Part shown: in pieces, positions 37,601 to 50,600 of the stretch
Position numbering within the stretch: the stretch's first letter is position 1
How the letters are laid out: every line of letters starts with the position of its first letter
From: Iphione sp. A-MEVVRFRX5
Taxonomy: Eukaryota
DNA length: 64,000 nucleotides
Direction of reading: 5' to 3'
NCBI GenBank assembly: GCA_976226885.1
Contig: OZ320313.1
Coordinates: 161,262,001 to 161,326,000 of the forward strand
Notes under the pieces: generated by a model
Told to the model about the DNA's origin: nothing
Database searches by the model: none
The model's input: the letters and a program-made list of their open reading frames with translations, nothing else
Made by a program: the position numbers and the translations under genes

Positions 37601-37672
37601 GACCTCCCTAACTAGGAGTTCCACCTCTCTCATTTAAGATACCCCCCACAAGACTGGCTGGCTACGGGCCTG
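37219..37672. mobile_element. CAGGCCCGTAGCCA-TIR MITE family, copy 3 (spans N gap, internal (GA)n)
   Basis: Both 14 bp TIRs present; flanks cttagaa / attagaa give a possible 7 bp TSD with one mismatch. Confidence 0.85.
37303..37455. other. Assembly gap (N); further gaps at 44935-45116, 50398-50588 and 62221-62377
   Basis: Runs of N. Confidence 1.
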
Positions 37673-38659
37673 ATTAGAATGTCCCAAAATGATAATAGTC
37701 ATTTTAATAAATAGTATTGGAACACTTTACAAATAAGGTACATACCGTATATACATGTGTAATTTTTTAAAAATTGTGACAGGGTGTGACCTTGCCCCTA
37801 ATGATATCACCTGACCTTCTATAACCTAATCTAGCTGAATTAAGCAACCGCCATTCTCATATTGAGTCCATACCTTTATCCGTTTTTCAGATCTGTGCCG
37901 ACTACAATGGTACTGAACTACTAATATTACTGCAAGGGTAGAGCCTACTTGAGTAGAGGCTGTTTTCATTTTGCATGATACCTCTCTGGTAGCTACTATT
38001 ACTATATGCCATTTTATCTGAGGGTATTCATGCGTTTCATTTACATTTCATCTACAGTTAAAATCGGTTCAGCAATGAAAGGTCAGTCAGCCATTTATAT
38101 TTCACAAAGTCCCTGTTATGAAATAGCTTTACCTCTTTAACAAGAAAAGCTCGAGACCTGCACCGGGACAAGGGTACCTGCTAGTAGTTCTCTCACCTGC
38201 CGCACGGTAGCAGGGTTAAAACTAGGTTGCCGGTTGCTTAGCAGCACCCAAGCCAAGCGTCATGGTCGACCTACTTAGATCATTCGCGCCTGCCATGTTT
38301 CGATCGCTCGGGCAGAGGCACCACGTCAAAAGTTTCTCTTTTAGTTTTCGAAAAGTCTCCGTTGTCTTTTCTGTTTAATCACAGATATATGTAGCATAGC
38401 GTTAATCGTTTACGTGGACAGTTTTGGCTGGTGAACTGGTCGCATCTCAGTTTTTGGATACTTTGAAACTTGTTTATTATAGTACGCTGCACGCACCTGC
38501 CACTGGGATTGCCGAGCGCGATAAATATCTCGGGACTGCACCGTGTACAGTTTGCACGGCCGGGCATGCTACAGACCATATCATGGACATTTGAATGAAA
38601 CTTGTGGAGCAGAATGTATATTTGAGAATCAGCAAAAACTTAAATAAGGGCGCACCAAA

Positions 38660-41600
38660 ATGACCGCCGGACGGTCATGTTTACCGCTGCTGATCTATAC
38701 TGCCACATTATGGCTCGCTTTAGGTAAGCATTTTGAACTTTAGGAATTTCTTGTTCCAACTTCAAGTCAGGAAAAATACAGACAGACTACAAAGTTGCAA
38801 AAATGGCCTGAGACTTAGAAATTGTAGGCTTTTACCCGCTATGAGTCTATGAATAGACCGATATACATGTACGTGGACTTATGGTTACGAAACACAGAAA
38901 TAGCTTAAACTCTGGGTACGGTTACCTAATCCATTTTAGATGTGGGCAATTAAATATGTGCCCAGACTAGGATTCCCGGTGGATTCCTCGTGGAATTTTT
39001 GCTAGAATCCATTTATTTACTGAAATATTCTCTCCTCAAAGAACCAAAATATAGTTATAGTGGAGTATTTATGACCATATCATTTTGAGGCCGTTCTCTA
39101 TTTAAGACCATTTTAGTTGGGAACAAAATGTTAATTTCTTTACATTAAATACTCTATTTAAGGCCAAATTTGCCATTAAGACCGTTTGAGCTTGGTCCCA
39201 AGTGGTGGTCATAAATAGAGACTCCACTGGGTTCTTAGTCAAAATGTCACCCTAGTCAAAAAGCCACATCTTCTTTCAAGTCAGAATTAATGTCACCCTA
39301 CTTTAGCACTATGTGCAAGCAGGTTTTGTTGTTAACTTTGATAGGTTATCTTCTAAATTGACCCATCGGATATCATTGATTTTAGGGTATTTCAGCAGAA
39401 AAGTATCAAAACTACGACATATTTTCTACATTCAATATGAGAAGTCCCAAGAATCTTTGATAATTCAATTGTATTCATTTGATCACAGAAAGCAGAGACG
39501 TAATCCCTGGGTAGCTTATTTCTGAGATTTGAATAGTGAATTTCATGGTAGAATGATGTCGTAGTTTTGTTCACAGAGTGAAAAAGCGAAGGGTCAATTG
39601 CCAGGACTAAGTAAAGAGAACACTTTTCTAAATTTAAATTCTATAGACAACTATATTATCCATTCTTGAATGGCCCCTTTCCTATCTGTCCTTTTGGATG
39701 TTTCACTAATCTCCACATCTATAGGTTTATATCCAGTTCAAAGAGGAAAGCTGTCAGAGTGACGATAGTTGAGTATATTTTGCTAATCAGTGGGTTTATA
39801 CCACTAATTGGCAGGGTTACATCCTAATTTTCATAAAATGGGTGACTTCTTCAATATTTAAACTCCTTTTTATCTTGTGCTACAAAGGGAGGGTGTATTT
39901 TAGATATAGAGCTACAAAGGGAGGGAATCTTAATTTTTTTCCAGCAAAATCTTCTGTAATATTAAAAAATATGCAAAAATATTTTATGAACATCAAGTGT
40001 AATTAATCTGGAGATAAACTAGAAGAAAAAACAAGGAAATATAGGATGACATTTTGACTTTCCAGTTAGGGTGGCATTTTGACTTGGGTGACATTTTGAC
40101 CTGTCCCACTCCACTGTATGTATATTTGAAAGCATTTGCAAGTCAGGGATATCGATCAAGAGATCAGAGAAAGTGTATGATAACGGAAGTATTACTACGT
40201 TATACATATGTAATTTGTTGTGTTTTATAACTTTGTTGATTTAATGGACTGGCGTTCGAAGTTTGCTGAGAGGTTTCAGTGTACATGACTGAGCCTGAGG
40301 TCAGTATGTTGGATGCAAACTACCTGTTACCTTTCCTCCATAAAGAAAGAGAGAGTACTGGTATATAGGTAGATCATACTAGATGGTATGTGGTCATTAG
40401 GCGCAGTTCACATGTATCTGTACAAAAACTACACCTATGCGTCCGGAGGCATAGGAAACGTCCTACTGTGTCTATTTTAAGTGGTCCCATATTATATGAT
40501 AACCAGATGTATTTTCACTGTTGCAGCCTATGGAAAATGGACCCGGGTCTGTAGAAAATCCGTCTGGGATGGGTTTTTGAATACGGATACGTGTCCGTAT
40601 CTGTTTTGATATGGATGGATGTGAACTCTCTATATGATTGTTTTGGTATGGGTATTTTTCTATGGATACAGATCTGTTTCCGTAGAAGAAAACGGATACA
40701 TCTGAACAGCGCCTCAGCCAACATTGCAAGTAGCTAACACTCAATAGCCTGCAATGGAAAAACCCTCCCAGAGATGTCAGCGCAAAACCCAATGATGACC
40801 CTTCTGTCTGGGCTGACAGAAATCCAGAAGAAGTCACTAGAAACTGAGCTACCCAACCCTTCGTGCTTTCTATTTCACTTTTGCTCCCAGACAATTAAGC
40901 TCCTCGGCCATTATGATGTGTAGGAGCCATTATCACTACTAACCACCCACAAAGTTAGGAATGAGTCTAGATTCGAATGGGTGGGTTAAAACTACATGTA
41001 CCTTATGACCTCAACAGTCGCTGTCCCACACTTGACTGATTTATATGACAAATTGGCAGGTCTATACCACAAATTGCAGGTTTTATACACCCACAGTTGT
41101 TAAAACTACATGTAAATCCAAAATTAACATGAAATGTCCAGTGCAGATTCCCGGTCCCTGCACTTAAGGTTGAAAGGGACCACATGATAGTTCCATTTTT
41201 CGCGAAAATGGGGATCATATTCAAGTCTGAATGCATTTCTTGGAATCTTTAAAAAGGGGGTCATTTTAAGACCAAAAATTTGCATTTCCACACAAAGAGG
41301 GTGTTGTCTTAGGACATTGTAAATAATGATCAAGGCCTATTGTCATGACACTGAGGATGCTCGATGAGTGAGACGCAATAAAGCCGGTGATAATGCCCAT
41401 GCCCTTACCCACAAACATTGGGTGGATTTAATTCACTAAGAGCAGGGAAAGAGGTCTGGCCTCATGAGGCTCGACTGCCATGAGGAAGAAGTCCCAAGAT
41501 CCACTTTGGCTGAACCAGACCCTGGCTGATCATCAAGGTGCTGCACAGCATGTGATCTTCATCAGTCTCCCTCTCTCTTTCCATTCCTCTCTCCCTCTCT

Positions 41601-44600
41601 CACTCCCTTTCTCTCTCCCTCTCTCTTTCCATCCCTCTCTCCCTCTCTCACTCCCTTTCTCTCTCCCTCTCTCTTTCTCTGTGTAAATGGTGAGTTTTTT
41701 TGCACTGATCAGAAGGAATTCCGCCCAAATCCGTGTAAATGCCAAATTCCTTTTGCACTGATCAGAAGGAATTCAGGCCAAATCTGTGTAAATGGCAAGT
41801 TTTTTGTGCTGATCAGAAGGAATTTCATCTAAATCTGTGTAAATGATGATTTGTTAAAAAATGATATACAAATAGGAAAAAGGGGGTATTTTAAGGGCTC
41901 ATATTCTGTATGTGAAAATAAAAAGGAAGAATTTATTCTTGAAATCTTGAAAAAAGGGGTGTATTATAAGGGCCAAAAATTCACATTTTCATGTGAATAG
42001 GGGGTTAAATTGCTCTCCAAATTCTTGAATGGGGGGGCTAATTTTTTTTTGAATGATCAGGTGCATCCACTTTCATGTGATAGAGGGGACCAGATACAAA
42101 TGGTCCAGTTGATGCAAAACCAATACCTTGGAATGTGCACCAGGGACCTATCGCACTGGGCGCTGTTAAAATGTGTCACCTAATCACTGACGGCTACTGG
42201 AAGTGTCAGCTACTGACATGCATTTGTATATAGTCTCGCAGTTACCAAGGCTTGATTCTCTTAGGTACAAGCTCACATTCGGTATGTTGTCGGTATGAAA
42301 GGTGTGTTCCCTTTTTATATAGAAATCAATTAAACACAGACTGCTGTATTACTCTGTACATAAGCACAGAAACATGGATACATAGTTATTGGAGTTTGGA
42401 CTTGTCCCAATCCAAAAACATGCTATATGAAGACATGATGCATGTGCACATGGAGATATTGCTGGTGTAAAGCATTATTCCCCAAAACATGTCCCCAAAT
42501 CGCACCAACATGCCCCTCAAAGCATGTGTCTTTTAAGCAAATTAAGCCGAAGACACCGTGGGACACCCACGCAGTGAGAGGAAAGGGCATATAATACCTG
42601 TATTGTAACGCTATTTGTAAACAGAATTATAAAGTTTCACAGGCATATAGCAGGCATATTGGAGATGGTATTTTTGCAAGTTAGGGTTCTGCTCCTTATA
42701 ATTCTTAAGGAAATTGGCTGTTATAAGTAACAGTTTGTCCCCCATCCACTCATGCCTGTGGCATCAGTGCACGATCGGGCTTTAATCAAAAAGTTAATTT
42801 GTGAATTGGAATGGCAATATTTCAAGCAGCAAGGGATGATTTCAGTGGAAACTTACACGGCATACAGCAGTATGGCAACATGTCCATATTGCGGTTGCAA
42901 GCAGAGGGAGAGAACTAAAATTGCCATGTTGCTGTATGGTTGCCTGCTGTACTGCTACTTTTGCATATAACCCTTCGCCATCAAATGTATCGGTACCATA
43001 AAAGCCTTTTCTGAAAAAATTCCAGAAAGATGATGTGAGTGCACAACATTCCTGTGTACTCCTCTTTTCGTTCGTCTGTTTTTCTCCAAACGTGAATTTT
43101 TGTCTCTGTTTCTCTGCCTCTTTCTTCTCTTTTATTTTTCTGTCACTCTTTCAGCCTCATCTGTCCCTTTCCCTTAATATGTCCTTACTCGATTCCTATT
43201 TCTGCCACCCTTTCCATCCTCCTTAGTCTCTCCACGTCCTTAGCTCCCTCCTTCCAAGGTGTATTTTGTAGTACACATCTCTTCATTTTTCTCACAAGTT
43301 TCACATGAAGCTCCCTCCTTGGTATCTAGTACAACTAATTTCTCAAAGCCTTTCTGATGAAATGCGTGCTCCTTCGCGGGGTTTCATATTGGCCAGTACC
43401 AATCAGTGACGATCATAGGATTTGGGAAGAACGTACCCAATGGGGCCTTCAGCAATGAGGCTTAGAAAATGAGTGTTCCCAGTAATGGGTTGAAAAGGTA
43501 TAGGGTCGGAAAGTAGGTAGTGTTTTTTTTACTACACAGATATTCCAGTGAGCAAAAATAGTACATGTACTTCCCAATCCTGGAGCCATCATTCCTTATG
43601 CTCATATGAAAGCCAATTATCTAATGGACAAAACAGTGATTTGTACGAGTCTGTAGATTTATTCAGTACCAAGAAATTTGCAAAAAAAATGTAAAAAATC
43701 AGGGCCTGTCAAGTTTGTGGAAACACAGATCTTAGTTGTTTAGGCCTAAACGTGACAGTATGCTACCTGCCTAACATTCATGGCTTTAACAATAAAAGTG
43801 TCCCTGAAATGAATTCATCTGGATGTGATGGTGATGCTTACCTACAGACTGAGTTGATCTGGATTACGCATATATTAATCTAGAAAAAGAAAGGAGAAAA
43901 AGAGGGAAAGCCAGCAGGATAGTAGGAGAGACAGGGACAGAAAGAGTTCATTTTTATGGCTGCATACCTTCGCATTTCTATAATAAACAAAAGGCAGCAT
44001 CATGATAGCCATGAAACCAGTGAATATGAGGCAGCCATATCTCAAGAATTTTCTGTGATACTAAGACAAATGATCTCTGACATATTCATATGTGAATAAG
44101 TTCATAATTATTACATATTTGTTTAAACAATGAGGTGTATATATTTTATTGCGTTTGTGGCAGGGAGTGTAGGGAATGTACGTCTATATATTTTTTTGCT
44201 TTCTCGTTTTTTAATATAGGATTTACGACGGTGGAGGCCATTGACTGCAGTGTTGACTGCGCCAATAACTGTTCAGCCGGGGAATATTTCGATGCCACGA
44301 CTTCTACTTGTGTCCGCTGCGATCCCGGATTTTAGTAAGACATTTTATAAGTGTTGTCAACGTTGCCAATTTTCAAGTGTCTCAGACCGGTTTGCTTGTG
44401 ATAGGGCAAATCGGCAAGCTTTTCATTCAGTCACATTCTCTATGTAAGGTGTGGCTGCTTGATTTAACGTCTACGTATATCATTCACACGGAGTATGCCA
44501 TGAAGGCTTCTATTTCAAAACTTGTGGCCGAATGAAGACATCACTAAATGAGATCTACTTCAGCGAACTATATTTAAATGCATTTAATACCAAGTTAAAT

Positions 44601-47600
44601 AACACGGAGTGGGTGTTCTGTTAGGCTGTGATTATTTGGCCTTAACGAGAACATGACGGACCCTCTGAGCGGGACACGTCGGGCAGATAAGGCCCTCCAC
44701 TACAGGCTCTAATCTCTATTCAGTTCAACGGTCAAGTGTTTACCTGTCTCTAGAAATTAGACTTTTCTCGCTCGTCTTTGATAACATACTTGTATTGAAT
44801 GTTTTCCATGTTTGACCAGTGCTGTTGTCGTAATGCGCATTTATTTGTTAGCCTTGCACTGAAACATTCAAGCTTACCACTCGATCTCTCATTTTTTATT
44901 TTTTATTTCAAATCTTCCGTGACATAAAACAGTTNNNNNNNNNNNNNNNNNNNNNNNNNNNNNNNNNNNNNNNNNNNNNNNNNNNNNNNNNNNNNNNNNN
45001 NNNNNNNNNNNNNNNNNNNNNNNNNNNNNNNNNNNNNNNNNNNNNNNNNNNNNNNNNNNNNNNNNNNNNNNNNNNNNNNNNNNNNNNNNNNNNNNNNNNN
45101 NNNNNNNNNNNNNNNNTGTCTTCCCGTCCCTGTCTCCCCGACCGCTTGCGCAACACAACGTCACTCAAATATAATCAGTATGGCGCTTTACATGATAGTG
45201 GCAAGTTTGTTGTCTGGGGCGTCTGCAAAACCTACAATCCCACGAAGGGATCTGTATTTCTCACCCTTTACTTTAGACTATTGATTCTCTTTTGGAAAAG
45301 ATCTCCAACTTTAATGAATTAGTTTCACTACTGACACCAAGTTTGGTTCATTCAAGGATGTGATCACCCCCCCCCCCCCAACCCCGCCGACACACACACA
45401 CACGCACACTTCTTGCTTGGCTCGATGAAAGATCGATATCCGGGTGTCTGGGAGGCAAATCTTTAATCGAGGATTGGTTTTCTCGCCTGCACAAGATAAC
45501 CCCCATACCCCCCCAGCTTAAGAAAAGAAAACATTACTGAGAGAATTTAAAAAAGAAAAAGCCTATAGAATTGCTTCGGTACTGTTGCTACCTTCATATG
45601 TAAACACTTGAATCGATTCTTTCAACACCTGGAGTGCAGTCTCGACCCTTTGTGTTAGATTCACGAGTTACGTTGGTTACACTACCTATATAAAACGTTG
45701 TCTGAAAGAGTACCGGCCATGGGGAGGATGTCTCATGAGTGTGAGACAGTTTTAAAGTGATATAATTCGCATTCTTTCATATGTTTATGATAATAATTTT
45801 TAACTTCATGCACAACTACATTGTACATATATTTTCTGGTGTATTTAAGGGATACTCATACTTAGCTTTATTGCTTGTAGTCTGATTTTTCATGTTAATC
45901 AACCTAATTTAAACACAGTTTTCTCATATAGAAGTACGTATGACACGACGGAGGATTTGTTTTTGATAACTCAGTTGTTAAGGCTGGCAAATCACGACCG
46001 ATTTTTTCACCAAATTGTAGTGCCTGAATATAAGAATTTCCAAAAGTTAAGCGATTTGTTTTTATATCGGAATGTTTGATGAGTTGCTTGAGACCTGAAA
46101 TACAAATCTAAATAAAAAAAAGTTAGGTAAAAATGAAATACATATACAGATCTGCATATGCAGCTTTATTAGTTATTACCGTAGTTTATAACTGCATATA
46201 TAGATAGACATTGGTACAACATATCATAGTACACTGTACACTTTGGTATGTTTAATCTTGCACCAAATTCTCCTTTTTTTAGAATGAGGAGACGTTTTGT
46301 TCCTTCTTCTGTATGGATTTTGTTTTGTTCCTTGTTCAGTACCGGTATGGGATTAAGCCGGGACTGCCATGTAGTGCTCGTTTTTAACCGGGAGTGCGTA
46401 TGCATGCATGTTGACAACGCTTTGTGAACTCGCCTTGTCTTAATAATAAAAAAACAAATTTGTCTGCAAAAAAAATTACTGCAACGTTGACATTTTGAAG
46501 ATCGACTCTATTTCTGAATACCAAGGATCCCGTAAAACAAGTGTTAATAAAACCATTGTGATTTGTCATTGTTCACAGGTACGTGAGATATGAAATATGT
46601 GCAATGAACTGTGGCCTCCAGCGTGACCTGAGCCTAAACACTATCCAATATGTTCACGGGTAATGGCGCAGGCGGGCGTATAAACACATTATTTCCCCTG
46701 TGTATATAGACAGTAGCTGCAGCATGGGCGGACGTGGTGTGGCCATGTGCTCTGGTAGCCACCGGCCTCCCGCTGTCTTGGCCGCGATCGATGTGTCGGG
46801 CACCAAGGCCTACCTTTATGCTGTTTGTTCTGTCTGTTGACTCTTGTCAGCCACGGCCAACGTTGCTTACGAATGATCCCCACAGAGAAGCAAGCATGCG
46901 CTTCTAGTTAAAGCGCTTAGATCAACAGGACGTCTCCCCCCCCGCTTACTAAATACATAGTTGTCACCGCTGTGTTTGTACACAGGAAAGTAGACCTCTT
47001 CAGAATTTATTATGTAAGATATGTCATAGTATTTGGAAAATGTCATTAAGCCTTGTCACTTCGAAAGAAGGGCTTACGTAAACAAGAATCTCTCTAGACA
47101 TATAGCATATTGTCTCTGTCTATGGAAATAGGGGGTTACCTAAACACAGTGTGTTGACATAGCATATAGTCTGAGTATATATGAATTAACATATCGAACT
47201 CTTCACACAACCATCTCGACTATAACCAATGTGGATATGTAAAAACAAAGTATACAGTGGTGTTTGGACGTAGTAAAGTACCAAACGTCCTGTTGGACTT
47301 CACACTCTTTTATTTCTTTTTTTCTTGTTTTTGCCATCGTAAAGCCCAACTACGTTTCATTTTCAGAGTAACGTTTTCCTTCTGTCTATCCCTTAATTTC
47401 GCCTTTCTCCAGCCTTCTAGCTTTTGTCTTTTTTGTCTCGGTCTATCTCTATCTGTCCATCTTTTCATTTTATCTCCCGTTTCCCTCTGTCAGTTCATAC
47501 CTGTTGGTTCACCGTGGTCATCACTTCCTATCTGTCTGTCTGTCTGTCTGTCTCTCTAGCTGTATGCATCCTCTATCTCTCTGTATCTTTCTGATACATG

Positions 47601-50600
47601 TCGTTTACAAAGTACACAGGAGAAGTCGTTGCCAGTAAAAATATAAGTGTAAAGGCCATAAAAATCATTAATCTCTGCGTGACTCTACGAAGCAAAATCA
47701 GAGCCAGAGCACTCAGGGACTCGGCGTCCAAGTGGAGATAATCGCAATGAACATACCGTGTCTCTAGCCACTCGAAAACAGCGGTCAATAATACCAGCTT
47801 AACTTCATAACGATTGAGATATGATCTGCGTGTAATATGGTAGACACATAAATCGGATGATCAGCACCATAACCAACCCAGGCCTCGACTGATTCACACC
47901 ATTGCAGATTTACATCATAACCAATGCAGTCTGTGACCAATTCAGACCATTGCTGATTCACACCATATCCATCTCAGTCTCTAACCAAGTCACACCATTG
48001 AAGATTCACAGCATAACTATCTCAGGCCTTGAGTGATTTACACCATTTACCGACTCAAGCCTTGACTGATTCACACCATTGCAGATTTACACCATGACCA
48101 ATGCAGTCTGTGACCAATTCACACCATATCCATCTCAGCCTCTGACCAAGTCATGCCATTGAAGGTTCACAGCATAATTATCTCAGGCCTTCAGTGATTC
48201 ACACCATTTACCAACTCAGGCCTTGACTGATTCACACCATTGCTGATTGATACCATAACCAACTCAGGCCTTGACTGATTCACACCTTTGCAGGTTCACA
48301 CCATAACCAAATTAGGCCTTGTCTAATTCACACCATAAACCATTTGCGCTGATTCACACTGTAACGCCCACTTCTGAGGTAAGACATGACACGGGAGCGT
48401 AGTTCCTAGAGAAGTGACTTATTCCAACAACCTGACCGGAGTGGCAGATGAGCTCAGGTGGTCATCATTATCTACCCAATCATAAACTGCTCTGAGCGCT
48501 CTGCACCTGGCATGCCTGCACCTGGCAAAGCTTAACCCAAACCTGGCACAAAAGTTCTTGCACAGTGCATATTGCATAGACAGTCCTGCATGGCAGCATG
48601 CCACTGTGACAACATGATAATAATTAGATGATTTAGAAGATCGTTTCTCTGCTGCAGCACCAAATTGACTGAATATGTTGCTATTATATCTACGAAAAAT
48701 TTAAAGGAAGTATTCATGAGGAAACATAAATTACATCTACATGTGCACAGGCCCGAATTGTCTAGTATCCCTCCAGACAAAAATATTTCACTGTAAGTAG
48801 TGTTTAGGACTTATCGAGGAACTCAAATGCTAACAACTTGTTTATCTTTCGGTATCCATTGTGCAGGTGCCTCAGTCAAACCCCAAACTAAGCTGATTGT
48901 ACTCGTATTCTGTGCACGGTCTTTACTTTTAAAAAACGCATGGACCTGTAGATTTTCGTTTCGTACTCATACACCTTGACATGAGTACGCCCTCTCACAG
49001 TACCTTAATGCGCACTGTACTAAGTAAAGTAAATGCACATATACACATGTGCAATTTCACTAATTATACTAAAAGATTACGTTATATAATCAAAAGGAGA
49101 TATGATAAGAAAAGGGATATGACCACACTAGCAGAAGAGACATGTTTGTCTTTGACAGAACTCATGAATGCATGTTGTACATTGAGCCGGAACTCATATA
49201 ATTATGTAATGAGAACACTCCTTGATGGTCTTGGCTTAGTGCAGAATTTAGCAGCGTGGCCATAGATGCATCTTAACCAGCACTTGAATGCATGCTAAGG
49301 TCGCTTGAATAAATTGAAACTTGTCGTTGGACTCTGTCAAAGCATGTGACCTTTTAGATGTCGACTAGTATGTATAGCCTGGAAGGAACACACATACAGA
49401 TCCAGCCAGGTTTAAGCTTACTTCCTGGTACTTGGCCAATATTCAGTCAGGTATGAACTGGCTGATGGACTATGGTTAACGTTAAGTAAACTCTGGCCAT
49501 GTTGGGCCGCACTTGCCGGCATATCTTAGAGTCTGGCCACTGTGACCAAAATTCGCCGAGGTGTTTTTTTTTTATTTACTCCAATAATTTGTGCAAAATG
49601 CACGAAATTGATCTTCCTACCATAACGAAGCGGAGTTCCCTTGATGAAGGCCCAGAGGGTCAGTTCCTTTGGGGATAGTGCATGTTACAATGCCCAGGCG
49701 TGTGGCTTCAGTTCCACAAGGGTCAGCGGGAAAAGAGCTCTGATACTCGGATGTCGGCGTGACTATTATGTTCTGTCCTCTTTGGGGTGCATAGCTCTAA
49801 TACTCGTTACATTGGAAACGAAAATCTGAATCCATTCAGGTTATCAAAACGCTGACAGTGCATTTTTGTCGTTCTTAGTTCGGTGTACAAAGTACTGATG
49901 TACGAGATATCTATTAGTAAGGACAGTGGAACTGAGCGAGGAATTGCGGGTTATATAGTGTAGTTTTTGCTGTCCTGGCGGTTGCACGTAAATGTAGTGA
50001 AATGCTATGCTATAACCATGCAGTATATAGTGGCACATTGTAGTACATATGTATTGATTTGTAGGACGGCTGTGTACCTACGAGTTGTGTTAGGACCGTC
50101 TCACCTAGGTCGAGCATGTAGTCTGTACCATAAAATCACATGAATAATGCAGGTATGTGCCTATATGAGAAGGCGCAGAGTGTTGTGAATATCTGAGTGA
50201 TGTGATTGTCATTGAAAGCCATGTTGCATCCACGAAGCAGTACCTCTCTGGAGTAACAAGGCTCATCGGATTGCTGGGAACGTGCAGATAAATCGTTACT
50301 CCATAAACGTGTACAGCAATTTTGTTTGCTTATCACAGTAATTTATTAATTATTTGTTCCATAATTGGAATAGTCTTTAGATATTATGTTTGAATACNNN
50401 NNNNNNNNNNNNNNNNNNNNNNNNNNNNNNNNNNNNNNNNNNNNNNNNNNNNNNNNNNNNNNNNNNNNNNNNNNNNNNNNNNNNNNNNNNNNNNNNNNNN
50501 NNNNNNNNNNNNNNNNNNNNNNNNNNNNNNNNNNNNNNNNNNNNNNNNNNNNNNNNNNNNNNNNNNNNNNNNNNNNNNNNNNNNNNNNGGAACATCCTCC

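Noticed and set aside
49640-49675. Hammerhead ribozyme (TTGATGAAGGCCCAGAGGGTC)
   Set aside because: Lacks the CUGA start and the GAAA half of the core.
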